Made by a program: the position numbers and the translations under genes. The notes beneath the pieces are model-generated. The model ran no database searches and had not been told where the DNA came from. It saw nothing but the letters and a program-made list of their open reading frames with translations. A stretch of 50,588 nt of DNA from a virus (lineage: Duplodnaviria; Heunggongvirae; Uroviricota; Caudoviricetes): positions 1 through 50,588 of the IMG/VR virus record IMGVR_UViG_2537561945_000005; one strand, 5' to 3'. Of the stretch, positions 20,052 to 30,005 are shown one piece after another (positions within the stretch are counted from its first letter, which is position 1; each line of letters begins with the position of its first letter).

Positions 20052-20546
20052 ATGGCTGGAACGGCGGGGCGTTCCGGGCGTCGCCCCAAGCCAACGGCGC
20101 GCAAGGCGCTGTCCGGAAACCCCGGCAAGCGAGCCCTGAACAAAGATGAACCTGTTTTTACGCCCATCAAAGGTGTTGAGCCACCGGAGTGGTTCGCTGA
20201 AGAGGATCTCCCTCTCGCCACGATCATGTGGCAACTGACAACCAAAGAACTCTGCGGTCAGGGCCTGCTGTGCGTGACTGACCTAGCGGTACTTGAGCGG
20301 TGGTGCGTGGCCTATGAGTTCTGGCGACGTGCCGTGAAAAATATTGCCAGACAGGGCAACACCATCACCGGTGCAATGGGCGGTATGGTCAAAAATCCGG
20401 AGCTGACCGCCAAGAAAGAACAGGAGTCCGAGATGAGCAGCACGGGGGCAATGCTCGGACTCGACCCCAGCAGCCGCCAGCGTCTGATTGGCCTGGCGGG
20501 GCAGAAGAAAGCCACTAACCCGTTTCTGAAAATCATCGAATCATGA
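20052..20546 (+). CDS. terS: Terminase small subunit (HK97 gp1 / P27 family)
   Basis: [14 protein letters not shown]... with AGGAG 8 nt upstream; ORF track starts at GTG 20043. Confidence 0.8.
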   Translation: MAGTAGRSGRRPKPTARKALSGNPGKRALNKDEPVFTPIKGVEPPEWFAEEDLPLATIMWQLTTKELCGQGLLCVTDLAVLERWCVAYEFWRRAVKNIARQGNTITGAMGGMVKNPELTAKKEQESEMSSTGAMLGLDPSSRQRLIGLAGQKKATNPFLKIIES

Positions 20547-22276
20547 GCCGGAAATCTTACCCCAACGTAAATGCTGCCAATCAGTATGCCCGTGATGTCG
20601 TGCGCGGAAAGATTGTGGCCTGCCAGTTTGTGATTCAGGCCTGCCAGCGCCATCTTGATGACCTGATGGCGGAAAAAAGTAAGTCGTTTCGTTACCGCTT
20701 CGACAAGGACCTGGCTGAACGGGCCGCGAAATTTATTCAGCTGTTGCCACACACCAAGGGGGAGTGGGCATTCAAGAGGATGCCCATCACGCTGGAACCG
20801 TGGCAGCTCTTTGTGATCTGCTGTGCGTTTGGCTGGGTCAATAAAGGCTCCCGGCTGCGCCGCTTCCGTGAGGTGTATACCGAAATCCCCCGTAAGAACG
20901 GCAAATCGGCAATCTCTGCCGGTGTCGCCCTGTATTGTTTTGCCTGTGATAACGAGTTTGGCGCGGAAGTGTATTCCGGTGCCACGACAGAGAAACAGGC
21001 GTGGGAAGTCTTTCGCCCGGCGCGACTGATGTGTAAACGCACACCCATGCTGACGGAAGCGTTCGGGATTGAGGTTAACGCCTCAAACATGAACCGTCCG
21101 GAGGATGGCGCGCGGTTTGAACCGCTGATCGGCAACCCAGGTGATGGTTCATCACCCCACTGTGCCGTGGTTGATGAATATCACGAGCATGCCACCGATG
21201 CGCTTTATACCACAATGCTTACCGGGATGGGGGCGCGACGTCAGCCACTGATGTGGGCCATCACCACCGCCGGGTACAACATTGAGGGGCCGTGCTACGA
21301 CAAACGGCGGGAAGTCATCGAGATGCTCAACGGCTCGGTGCCTAACGATGAACTGTTCGGGATCATCTATACCGTTGATGAAGGTGACGACTGGACCGAC
21401 CCGCAGGTGCTGGAAAAAGCCAATCCAAATATTGGCGTGTCGGTTTATCGCGAATTTTTGTTAAGTCAGCAGCAGCGTGCGAAAAATAACGCCCGTCTGG
21501 CAAACGTCTTTAAAACAAAACACCTCAATATCTGGGTGTCGGCGCGTTCGGCGTATTTCAACCTGGTGAGCTGGCAGAGCTGCGAGGATAAATCACTGAC
21601 TCTTGAGCAGTTCGAGGGGCAGCCGTGCATTCTGGCCTTTGACCTGGCGCGTAAGCTGGATATGAACAGCATGGCGCGACTTTATACCCGCGAGATTGAC
21701 GGTAAAACGCATTACTACAGTGTGGCCCCGCGTTTCTGGGTACCGTATGACACGGTGTATAGCGTCGAGAAAAATGAAGATCGCCGGACAGCCGAACGCT
21801 TTCAGAAATGGGTGGAAATGGGCGTTCTGACCGTTACCGATGGTGCGGAGGTGGATTATCGCTACATCCTCGAGGAGGCCAAAGCGGCGAACAAAATCAG
21901 CCCGGTCAGTGAGTCACCCATCGACCCCTTCGGGGCGACCGGGTTGTCACATGACCTTGCTGATGAAGACCTGAACCCCATCACTATCATTCAGAACTAC
22001 ACCAACATGTCCGACCCGATGAAAGAGCTGGAAGCGGCAATTGAATCGGGGCGCTTTCATCATGATGGCAATCCCATCATGACCTGGTGTATCGGCAACG
22101 TGGTCGGCAAAACCATTCCGGGTAACGATGATGTGGTGAAGCCCGTCAAAGAGCAGGCGGAAAACAAAATCGATGGTGCAGTGGCGCTGATTATGGCGGT
22201 TGGCAGAGCCATGCTGTACGGGAAAGAAGACACGCTGTCTGACCACATTGAGTCCTATGGGATCCGCTCGCTTTAA
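20543..22276 (+). CDS. terL: Terminase large subunit
   Basis: 577 aa with Walker A-like segment ([12 protein letters not shown]), ATPase and nuclease halves; overlaps the terS stop. Confidence 0.9.
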
Positions 22277-22287
22277 CTGAGGTAATT

Positions 22288-22470
22288 ATGATCATGCTGA
22301 TTCTCGCGCCTCTGGTGGGCGTGCTGGGGGCGCTTTTGCTGGCGTATGGTGCCTGGCTGATTTATCCCCCGGCGGGGTTTGTTGTTGCCGGGGCGTTGTG
22401 CCTGTTCTGGTCGTGGCTGGTGGCGCGATATCTCGACCGTACACAGTCGTCTGTCGGCGGAGGTAAATAG
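22288..22470 (+). CDS. Small hydrophobic protein
   Basis: 60-aa ORF with two predicted TM segments between terL and portal. Confidence 0.35.
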
Positions 22471-23711
22471 TGTTCTTTTCGGGATTATTTCAACGAAAAA
22501 GTGACGCACCGGTGACCACGCCAGCAGAGCTGGCGGAGGCTATCGGGTTGTCCTACGACACCTATACCGGAAAGCAGATCAGCAGCCAGCGGGCCATGCG
22601 ACTGACGGCGGTTTTTTCCTGTGTCAGGGTGCTGGCGGAGTCGGTCGGGATGTTGCCCTGCAACCTGTATCACCTGAACGGCAGCCTGAAGCAGAGAGCC
22701 ACTGGCGAACGTCTGCATAAGCTGATCTCCACGCATCCCAATGGCTATATGACGCCGCAGGAGTTCTGGGAGCTGGTGGTCACCTGTCTGTGCCTGCGGG
22801 GAAACTTTTACGCCTACAAAGTGAAAGCATTTGGCGAAGTGGCTGAACTGCTGCCCGTCGATCCCGGCTGTGTGGTACCGAAGCTTAACAGTAGCTGGGA
22901 GCCGGTCTATCAGGTCACATTCCCGGATGGCTCCACGGATGTACTGAGCCAGGAAGATATCTGGCATGTGCGCACGCTGACGCTGGACGGACTGGTGGGG
23001 CTGAATCCCATCGCCTATGCCCGCGAGGCAATATCGCTGGCGGCAGCGACCGAAGAGCACGGGGCCAGACTGTTCAGCAATGGCGCGGTGACGTCGGGTG
23101 TGTTGCGTACAGAGCAGACGCTGTCAGATCAGGCTTATGAGCGCCTGAAGAAAGATTTTGAGGAGCGTCACACCGGGCTTGGCAATGCTCACCGCCCGAT
23201 GATCCTTGAGATGGGGCTGGACTGGAAGTCGATGGCGCTGAACGCCGAGGACAGCCAGTTCCTGGAAACCCGCAAGTTTCAGCTTGAAGAAATCTGTCGT
23301 CTGTTCCGGGTGCCATTGCACATGGTGCAGAACACCGATCGCGCCACCTTCAACAATATCGAAGAGCTGGGGCTGGGATTTATCAACTATTCACTGGTGC
23401 CGTATCTGACCCGCATTGAGCAGCGGATCAACACCGGACTGGTACGAAAAAGTAAGCAGGGCGTTTATTACGCCAAATTTAACGCCGGGGCCTTACTGCG
23501 TGGGGATATGAAGTCCCGTTTTGAAGCCTACGCTACCGGGATCAATTGGGGAATTTACTCTCCCAATGACTGCCGCGACCTGGAAGATATGAATCCGCGT
23601 CCCGGTGGTGATGTCTATCTCACACCGATGAACATGACCACGAAACCCTCCGATGGCAGTAAAGCCGGTAAGCAGAAGGATAACGCCAATGCAGACGAAA
23701 CAACGTCTTGA
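22470..23711 (+). CDS. Portal protein, HK97 family
   Basis: 413 aa; GTG start with GGAGG upstream; position and length typical of an HK97-family portal. Confidence 0.88.
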   Translation: MFFSGLFQRKSDAPVTTPAELAEAIGLSYDTYTGKQISSQRAMRLTAVFSCVRVLAESVGMLPCNLYHLNGSLKQRATGERLHKLISTHPNGYMTPQEFWELVVTCLCLRGNFYAYKVKAFGEVAELLPVDPGCVVPKLNSSWEPVYQVTFPDGSTDVLSQEDIWHVRTLTLDGLVGLNPIAYAREAISLAAATEEHGARLFSNGAVTSGVLRTEQTLSDQAYERLKKDFEERHTGLGNAHRPMILEMGLDWKSMALNAEDSQFLETRKFQLEEICRLFRVPLHMVQNTDRATFNNIEELGLGFINYSLVPYLTRIEQRINTGLVRKSKQGVYYAKFNAGALLRGDMKSRFEAYATGINWGIYSPNDCRDLEDMNPRPGGDVYLTPMNMTTKPSDGSKAGKQKDNANADETTS

Positions 23712-24339
23712 TGTACCGCTGAGTCTGAAATCTGTCAGTGACTCCGGTGAGTTTGAAGGGTATGGCTCCGTCTTTGGTGTAAAGGACAGCCACGATGATG
23801 TGGTGATGTCAGGGGCATTTGCCGCTTCCCTGCGGGCGTGGAGTGACAGAAAAGCGTTACCTGCGCTGCTCTGGCAGCACCGCATGGATGAACCCATCGG
23901 TGTTTACACCGAAATGAAGGAAGACGATGTCGGGCTTTACGTCAGGGGACGGTTGCTTATTGATGATGATCCCCTCGCAAAACGCGCACATGCACACATG
24001 AAGGCCGGTTCGTTAACCGGCCTTTCTATTGGGTACGTCCTGAAAGACTGGGAATACGACCGGACGAAAGAAGCCTTTCTGCTGAAAGAAATCGACCTCT
24101 GGGAAGTCAGTCTGGTGACGTTCCCGTCTAACGACGAGGCGCGGATCAGCGACGTCAAGAACGCGCTGGCCCGCGGGGAAATCCCCGAACAGAAAAAAAT
24201 CGAAAGAGTCCTGCGTGATGTCGGACTCTCCCGTACCCAGGCCAAAGCATTCATGGCCGGGGGCTATGGCGCACTGTCCCTGCGCGACGCTGAGGATGTG
24301 AGCTCTGCACTGAATGCACTGAAAAATCTGAACTTCTAA
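23689..24339 (+). CDS. Prohead maturation protease, HK97 family
   Basis: Follows portal and precedes capsid; start chosen at MQTKQRLD with AAGGA upstream (alternative ATG at 23653). Confidence 0.82.
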   Translation: MQTKQRLDVPLSLKSVSDSGEFEGYGSVFGVKDSHDDVVMSGAFAASLRAWSDRKALPALLWQHRMDEPIGVYTEMKEDDVGLYVRGRLLIDDDPLAKRAHAHMKAGSLTGLSIGYVLKDWEYDRTKEAFLLKEIDLWEVSLVTFPSNDEARISDVKNALARGEIPEQKKIERVLRDVGLSRTQAKAFMAGGYGALSLRDAEDVSSALNALKNLNF

Positions 24340-24353
24340 TCAGGAGAAATACG

Positions 24354-25559
24354 ATGGCGGTAGATATTAAAGATGTCGAACAGGTCGCGCAGGAGCTGCA
24401 GCAGAAGTTTGACGACTTCAAAGCAAAGAACGACAAGCGCGTGGATGCGATTGAGCAGGAAAAAGGCAAGCTTGCCGGGCAGGTGGAAACCCTGAACGGG
24501 AAACTCAGCGAGCTGGAAAATCTCAAAAGCGACCTTGAAAAAGAGCTGCTTGAGCTGAAACGTCCGGCAGGTGGAGCGCAAAATAAACTGGCCACCGAGC
24601 ATAAAGAGGCGTTTGTGGGCTTCCTGCGTAAAGGCCGTGAAGACGGTCTGCGCGATCTGGAGCGTAAGGCATTGCAGGTGGGCACCGATGAAGACGGTGG
24701 CTACGCCGTGCCGGAAGAACTGGATCGCAACATTCTTAACCTGCTGAAAGATGAAGTGGTGATGCGTCAGGAAGCCACGGTGATCACCGTTGGCGGCTCC
24801 GACTACAAAAAACTGGTGAATCTGGGCGGTACGGCTTCCGGATGGGTTGGCGAGACTGACGCGCGATCCCAGACTGCCACCTCCAGACTGGAGCTGATTG
24901 AACCTCTCATGGGGGAAATCTACGGCAACCCGCAGGCTACCCAGAAAATGCTGGACGATGCCTTCTTCAACGTGGAGGCATGGATCAACAGCGAGCTGGC
25001 AACCGAATTTGCCGAACAGGAAGAAATTGCCTTTACCTCAGGCGATGGCACCAAGAAGCCGAAAGGGTTCCTGGCGTATGAATCCACTGATGAAACCGAC
25101 AAGGTCCGGGCGTTCGGCAAACTTCAGCATATTGTATCCGGCGAAGCGACCGCGGTGACCGCAGACGCCATTATCAAACTGATTTACACGCTGCGTAAGG
25201 CACACCGCACTGGCGCGAAGTTCATGATGAACAACAACAGCCTGTTTGCCATCCGTCTGCTTAAAGACAGCGAGGGTAACTATCTGTGGCGTCCAGGGCT
25301 GGAACTGGGGCAGCCGTCCTCTCTGGCGGGTTACGGTATCGCTGAAAACGAACAGATGCCGGATATCGCCGCTGATGCGAAAGCCATTGCATTTGGTAAC
25401 TTCAAACGGGGTTACACCATCGTTGACCGTATCGGCACCCGCATTCTGCGTGACCCGTACACCAATAAACCGTTTGTCGGTTTTTATACCACCAAGCGCA
25501 CCGGCGGGATGCTGGTCGATTCGCAGGCCATCAAACTGCTGAAGATTGCAGCGGCGTAA
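24354..25559 (+). CDS. Major capsid protein, HK97 fold, with N-terminal delta domain
   Basis: 401 aa; N-terminal ~100 aa coiled-coil (scaffold-like) then capsid body; AGGAG RBS. Confidence 0.9.
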   Translation: MAVDIKDVEQVAQELQQKFDDFKAKNDKRVDAIEQEKGKLAGQVETLNGKLSELENLKSDLEKELLELKRPAGGAQNKLATEHKEAFVGFLRKGREDGLRDLERKALQVGTDEDGGYAVPEELDRNILNLLKDEVVMRQEATVITVGGSDYKKLVNLGGTASGWVGETDARSQTATSRLELIEPLMGEIYGNPQATQKMLDDAFFNVEAWINSELATEFAEQEEIAFTSGDGTKKPKGFLAYESTDETDKVRAFGKLQHIVSGEATAVTADAIIKLIYTLRKAHRTGAKFMMNNNSLFAIRLLKDSEGNYLWRPGLELGQPSSLAGYGIAENEQMPDIAADAKAIAFGNFKRGYTIVDRIGTRILRDPYTNKPFVGFYTTKRTGGMLVDSQAIKLLKIAAA

Positions 25560-25566
25560 TCATTCA

Positions 25567-25594
25567 GGGGCGCGGAACCGCGCCCCCTGTTTTG
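25567..25594 (+). terminator. Hairpin after the capsid gene (probable partial terminator)
   Basis: GGGGCGCGG-AAC-CGCGCCCC followed by CTGTTTT, directly after the capsid stop. Confidence 0.5.
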
Positions 25595-25608
25595 ACGGGT
25601 GAAGAATC

Positions 25609-25809
25609 ATGATACTGAAACAAGATCTGAAATGGTCACCGGACGGTATGCGTGTTGAGGTCATTCGGGCCGGTGAGTATGACGACGGGGCGCTTCCTGC
25701 CCGGGTGCAGGAGATTGCACTTCAGGCCGGGTTAGCAGAGCGCGGAATCAGTGCAAAAAGCAGTAAAGCGGCAAAAGAGAAAAAAGCCACGACCAGTAAA
25801 GAGGGCTGA
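25609..25809 (+). CDS. Small head-module protein
   Basis: 66-aa ORF between capsid and connector genes; function not assignable. Confidence 0.4.
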   Translation: MILKQDLKWSPDGMRVEVIRAGEYDDGALPARVQEIALQAGLAERGISAKSSKAAKEKKATTSKEG

Positions 25810-25811
25810 GT

Positions 25812-26135
25812 ATGCTTCTGACAATGGAAGAGATTAAAGCCCAACTCCGGCTGGATGAGGATTTCGATGCTGATGACCGCCATCTGCAACTGCTGGCCTG
25901 TGCGGCACAAAAGCGGACGGAAACGTATCTGAACCGGAAGCTCTATGCACCGGATAAAACCATTCCGGACAGCGATCCGGACGGGCTGCACCTGCCGGAT
26001 GATATTCGTCTGGGGATGCTGATGCTTATCAGCCATTTTTACGAAAACCGCTCGTCGGTTACGGAAGTGGAGAAACTCGACATGCCGCAGAGTTTTGGCT
26101 GGCTTGTCGGCCCGTACAGGTACTTTCCGCAATGA
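25812..26135 (+). CDS. Head-tail connector (gp6-like)
   Basis: 107 aa; size and position match a head-completion/connector protein. Confidence 0.65.
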   Translation: MLLTMEEIKAQLRLDEDFDADDRHLQLLACAAQKRTETYLNRKLYAPDKTIPDSDPDGLHLPDDIRLGMLMLISHFYENRSSVTEVEKLDMPQSFGWLVGPYRYFPQ

Positions 26136-26542
26136 AAATTCGTCAGGCGCAGACCAGCGCAACCTACATTCTGCCTGACCCAGGCGAGCTGAATAAACGC
26201 GTCCTGATCCGCCAGCGGGTGGATATGCCCGCGGATAACTTTGGCGTGGAGCCTCAATACCCGGTTGCGTTCCGGGCATGGGCGAAGGTTATCCAGACCA
26301 GTGCCACCACCTGGCAGGAAACCGCGCAGATCGGAGACGCCATCACCCATTACATCACCATTCGCTACCGCCGGGGGATCACTGCTGATTATGAGGTGGT
26401 CTGTGATGACAGTGTGTATCGGGTGAAACGTCAGCGTGATCTGAACGGGGCGCGGCGCTTTCTGCTGCTGGAGTGTACGGAGCTGGGCGAATGTAGGCAG
26501 AGTCACGGAGGCAACAATGACGACTTCCTTTTTGCACGTTGA
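26132..26542 (+). CDS. Head closure / head-tail adaptor protein
   Basis: 136 aa, translationally coupled to the preceding gene. Confidence 0.6.
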   Translation: MKIRQAQTSATYILPDPGELNKRVLIRQRVDMPADNFGVEPQYPVAFRAWAKVIQTSATTWQETAQIGDAITHYITIRYRRGITADYEVVCDDSVYRVKRQRDLNGARRFLLLECTELGECRQSHGGNNDDFLFAR

Positions 26543-27023
26543 TTTTCAGCAGCCCGCGGAGATGCGCTTTAACCGCGCCCGTGTCCGGCGGGCGTTTGTC
26601 ACGATTGGTCAGCGTCATATGCGTGATGCCCGTCGGCTGGTGATGCGCCGTGCGCGGTCGGCACCGGGTGAAAACCCCGGTTATCAGACCGGACGCCTGG
26701 CTCGTTCGATTGGTTACATGGTACCCAGAGCCAGTAAACATCGCCCTGGTTTTATGGCACGTATAGCCCCTAACCAGCGTAATGGAGAGGGAAATCGCCG
26801 TATCACCGGTGATTTTTATCCGGCTTTTTTGTTCTATGGCGTGAGGCGAGGGGCAAAGCGTCGTCGCAGCCATCATCGTGGTGCATCCGGTGGCAGCGGC
26901 TGGCGACTGGCTCCACGTAATAACTTCATGGTGGAAACTCTTGAAAAGAACCGCAGCTGGACACGCTATTTTCTGGCGCGGGAATTGCGTAAATCACTGA
27001 AGCCGGAGCGACGACACAGATGA
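26517..27023 (+). CDS. HK97 gp10-like neck protein
   Basis: 168 aa, basic, in the head-tail joining block. Confidence 0.55.
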   Translation: MTTSFLHVDFQQPAEMRFNRARVRRAFVTIGQRHMRDARRLVMRRARSAPGENPGYQTGRLARSIGYMVPRASKHRPGFMARIAPNQRNGEGNRRITGDFYPAFLFYGVRRGAKRRRSHHRGASGGSGWRLAPRNNFMVETLEKNRSWTRYFLARELRKSLKPERRHR

Positions 27024-27580
27024 AACTGACGCCTGTTATTGCTGCACTGCGTGCCCGCTGTCCGTATTTTGAAAACCGGGTTGCAGGCGCGGCCCAGTTC
27101 AAAAATCTGCCGGAGGTCGGAAAGCTGAAGCTCCCGGCGGCATATGTGGTACCGGGTGATGACTCTCCGGGAGAAAACAAAAGCCAGACCGACTACTGGC
27201 AGGAGCTGAAAGAGGGCTTCTCCGTGGTTGTCATACTGAGTAACGGGCGTGATGAGCGCGGTCAGTTTGCCTCGTATGATGTGGTGGACGATGTCCGGCA
27301 GATGCTCTTTAAGGCTCTGCTGGGCTGGAACCCGGAAGCGTGCGGTAACCCGATTACCTATGACGGCGGTACGCTGCTGGATCTGAATCGTCATGAGCTG
27401 ATTTATCAGTTCGATTTTTCGGTCATCAGCGAGCTGACTGAAGACGATACCCGCCAGCAGGATGACCTGAACAGTCTGGATGAACTGCGAACGCTGGCGA
27501 TTGATGTTGATTATCTCGATCCCGGTAACGGGCCTGACGGCGATATCGAACATCACACCGAAATAACCCTTCCTTCCTGA
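27020..27580 (+). CDS. Tail completion / neck protein
   Basis: 186 aa immediately upstream of the sheath gene. Confidence 0.5.
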   Translation: MKLTPVIAALRARCPYFENRVAGAAQFKNLPEVGKLKLPAAYVVPGDDSPGENKSQTDYWQELKEGFSVVVILSNGRDERGQFASYDVVDDVRQMLFKALLGWNPEACGNPITYDGGTLLDLNRHELIYQFDFSVISELTEDDTRQQDDLNSLDELRTLAIDVDYLDPGNGPDGDIEHHTEITLPS

Positions 27581-27588
27581 GAATCATC

Positions 27589-27759
27589 ATGTTTGTGAAA
27601 CCTGTTAAAGGGCGGTCAGTGCCTGACCCTGCCCGCGGCGACCTTTTGCCCGCCGAAGGGCGAAATGTTGACGAGAACAACTACTGGCTGCGCCGTGAAG
27701 CCGCGGGTGATATCCGGCGCGTGAATAAAAAGGTGAACACCGATGACGATAAGCTTTAA
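27589..27759 (+). CDS. Small ORF upstream of the sheath gene
   Basis: 56-aa ORF MFVKPVKGRSVPDPARGDLLPAEG... overlapping the sheath start; too short for the ORF track. Confidence 0.35.
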   Translation: MFVKPVKGRSVPDPARGDLLPAEGRNVDENNYWLRREAAGDIRRVNKKVNTDDDKL

Positions 27760-29239
27760 CACCATTCCGTCGAATACGCTGGTTCCGTTGTTTTATGCGG
27801 AAATGGATAACCAGGCGGCGAATACTGCACAGGACAGCGGAGCATCGCTGCTGATTGGTCATGCCAATAACGGTGCAGAGATTGTTGCCAACAGTCTGGT
27901 ACTGATGCCGTCGGCAGACTATGCACGCCAGATTTGTGGTGCGGGAAGTCAGCTGGCGCGTATGGTCGAGGCTTATCGCCAGACTGACCCGTTTGGCGAG
28001 CTGTATGTGATTGCCGTTCCTGAATCCACAGGCGCGGCGGCAACAGTTACGCTGACGGTGACCGGGGCAGCAACCGAAACCGGCACGGTGAATGTTTATG
28101 TGGGACGTACCCGCGTGCAGGCACCGGTGACCAACGGCGATAACGTCGCGACGATTGCCAGCAGTATCAAAGATGCCATCAATGCCGTTCCGGCCCTGCC
28201 GTTTACGGCCTCATCTTCGGCTGGTGTGGTTACACTGACCGCTCGCCATAAGGGGCTTTGCGGGAATGAAATTCCTGTCAGCCTCAATTACTACGGCTTC
28301 GGTGGGGGCGAAGTGCTGCCAGCGGGCGTACAGATTGCCGTGGCGACGGGGAACGCCGGAACGGGCGCTCCTGTTCTCACCGGCGCGGTGGCTGCAATGG
28401 CGGATGAGCCGTTTGATTATATCGGCCTGCCGTTCAACGACACGGCCTCCGTTAACACGCTGGTGACCGAGATGAACGATACCAGCGGTCGCTGGAGCTA
28501 TGCGCGTCAGCTGTATGGTCATGTGTATACGGCAAAGATCGGCACGCTGTCAGAACTGGTGACCGCAGGTGACCAGTTTAACCAGCAGCACATTACCCTG
28601 GCGGGGTACGAAAAAGACACCCAGACGCCTGCCGACGAGCTGGCGGCAAGCCGTACCGCCCGCGCAGCGGTGTTTATCCGCAACGATCCGGCACGTCCCA
28701 CGCAGACCGGTGAGCTGGTGGGTATGCTGCCTGCGCCGAAGGGGAAACGGTTCACGATGACCGAGCAGCAGACCCTGCTGTCTCATGGCGTGGCAACGGC
28801 GTATGTCGAAAGCGGGGTGCTGCGCATTCAGCGTGATGTCACCACGTACAGGAAAAATGCTTACGGGGTTGCGGATAACAGCTACCTCGACAGCGAGACG
28901 CTGCATACCAGTGCGTATGTACTGCGCAAACTGAAATCCGTCATTACCAGTAAGTACGGGCGTCACAAGCTTGCCAGCGACGGTACCCGCTTTGGTCCCG
29001 GTCAGGCGATTGTCACCCCGGCGGTAATCAAAGGGGAACTGCTGGCAACCTACCGTCAGCTTGAGCGTGCGGGGATCGTGGAAAACTACGAACTGTTTAA
29101 GCAGTACCTGGTTGTGGAGCGTGATGCCAGCGATCCGAACCGCCTGAACACGCTGTTCCCGCCTGACTATGTTAACCAGTTGCGTGTTTTTGCCGTGGTT
29201 AACCAGTTCCGTCTTCAGTATTCAGAGGAGTCTGCATAA
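27743..29239 (+). CDS. Tail sheath protein (Mu gpL type)
   Basis: 498 aa upstream of the tube/chaperone/tape-measure block; marks a contractile tail. Confidence 0.85.
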   Translation: MTISFNTIPSNTLVPLFYAEMDNQAANTAQDSGASLLIGHANNGAEIVANSLVLMPSADYARQICGAGSQLARMVEAYRQTDPFGELYVIAVPESTGAAATVTLTVTGAATETGTVNVYVGRTRVQAPVTNGDNVATIASSIKDAINAVPALPFTASSSAGVVTLTARHKGLCGNEIPVSLNYYGFGGGEVLPAGVQIAVATGNAGTGAPVLTGAVAAMADEPFDYIGLPFNDTASVNTLVTEMNDTSGRWSYARQLYGHVYTAKIGTLSELVTAGDQFNQQHITLAGYEKDTQTPADELAASRTARAAVFIRNDPARPTQTGELVGMLPAPKGKRFTMTEQQTLLSHGVATAYVESGVLRIQRDVTTYRKNAYGVADNSYLDSETLHTSAYVLRKLKSVITSKYGRHKLASDGTRFGPGQAIVTPAVIKGELLATYRQLERAGIVENYELFKQYLVVERDASDPNRLNTLFPPDYVNQLRVFAVVNQFRLQYSEESA

Positions 29240-29595
29240 TGGCCCGTATCGGGGGAACCTGTTATTTCAAAATTGACGGTCAGCAGCTATCGCTGACCGG
29301 CGGCATTGAGGTGCCCATGAACAGGACGGTCAATGATGACATCATCGGCCTGGACGGTTCAGTGGACCGCAAGGAAACTCACCGTGCGCCTTATGTCAAA
29401 GGGACCTTCAAGGTGCCGAAGAATTTTCCGGTGAGCAAAATCACCTCGTCTGATGAGATGACCATCACTGCCGAGCTGGCGAACGGTCAGGTCTATGTAT
29501 TGTCGTCCGCCTGGCTGCACGGAGAAGCGAACCATAATGCCGAAGAAGGCACGGTTGATCTTGAGTTCCACGGTGAAGAAGGGGATTACCAGTAA
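29239..29595 (+). CDS. Tail tube protein
   Basis: 118 aa; TAATG coupling to the sheath gene. Confidence 0.8.
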   Translation: MARIGGTCYFKIDGQQLSLTGGIEVPMNRTVNDDIIGLDGSVDRKETHRAPYVKGTFKVPKNFPVSKITSSDEMTITAELANGQVYVLSSAWLHGEANHNAEEGTVDLEFHGEEGDYQ

Positions 29596-29864
29596 TGAAA
29601 GAGCTTGAGTTAAAGAAACCGATTATCGCTCATGGTGAGACACTCTCCGTACTGGAGTTTGATGAACCCACCGGGAAGGATGTCCGCGAGCTGGGGTATC
29701 CCTACCAGATGAATCAGGATGAGTCCGTCAGACTTCTGGCGCATGTGGTGTCGAAATACATTGTGCGGCTGGCGAAAGTGCCGCAAAGCTCTGTCGACCA
29801 GATGTCTCCGGCAGACCTGAATGCAGCGGCGTGGCTTGTGGCTGGTTTTTTCCTCCAGGCCTGA
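29595..29864 (+). CDS. Tail assembly chaperone (short form)
   Basis: 89-aa ORF before the tape measure gene, with a downstream overlapping -1 ORF to 30013. Confidence 0.7.
   Translation: MKELELKKPIIAHGETLSVLEFDEPTGKDVRELGYPYQMNQDESVRLLAHVVSKYIVRLAKVPQSSVDQMSPADLNAAAWLVAGFFLQA
29846..29852 (+). other. Slippery heptamer TTTTTTC for -1 programmed frameshift
   Basis: Zero-frame GGT TTT TTC; a -1 slip reads PPGLTAEYLTDRFF... through to 30013, matching the 29831-30013 ORF. Confidence 0.65.
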
Positions 29865-30005
29865 CGGCTGAATACCTCACTGATCGCTTCTTTGACTGCG
29901 CCAGCTACTGGCGCATTAATCCCTTCGAATTGCTGAATATGCCGATCAGTGAAATTCCCTTGCTGGTCAGTCAGGCAAACAGGATAGAGCAGGAGAAACG
30001 CACAC

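Noticed and set aside
22485-23060. 191-aa minus-strand ORF inside the portal gene, and similar antisense ORFs at 13611-14135, 20312-20752, 26379-26876, 26966-27556 and 28550-28966
   Set aside because: All lie wholly within confidently assigned genes on the other strand in GC-rich DNA where long spurious ORFs are expected; none has a recognisable motif.
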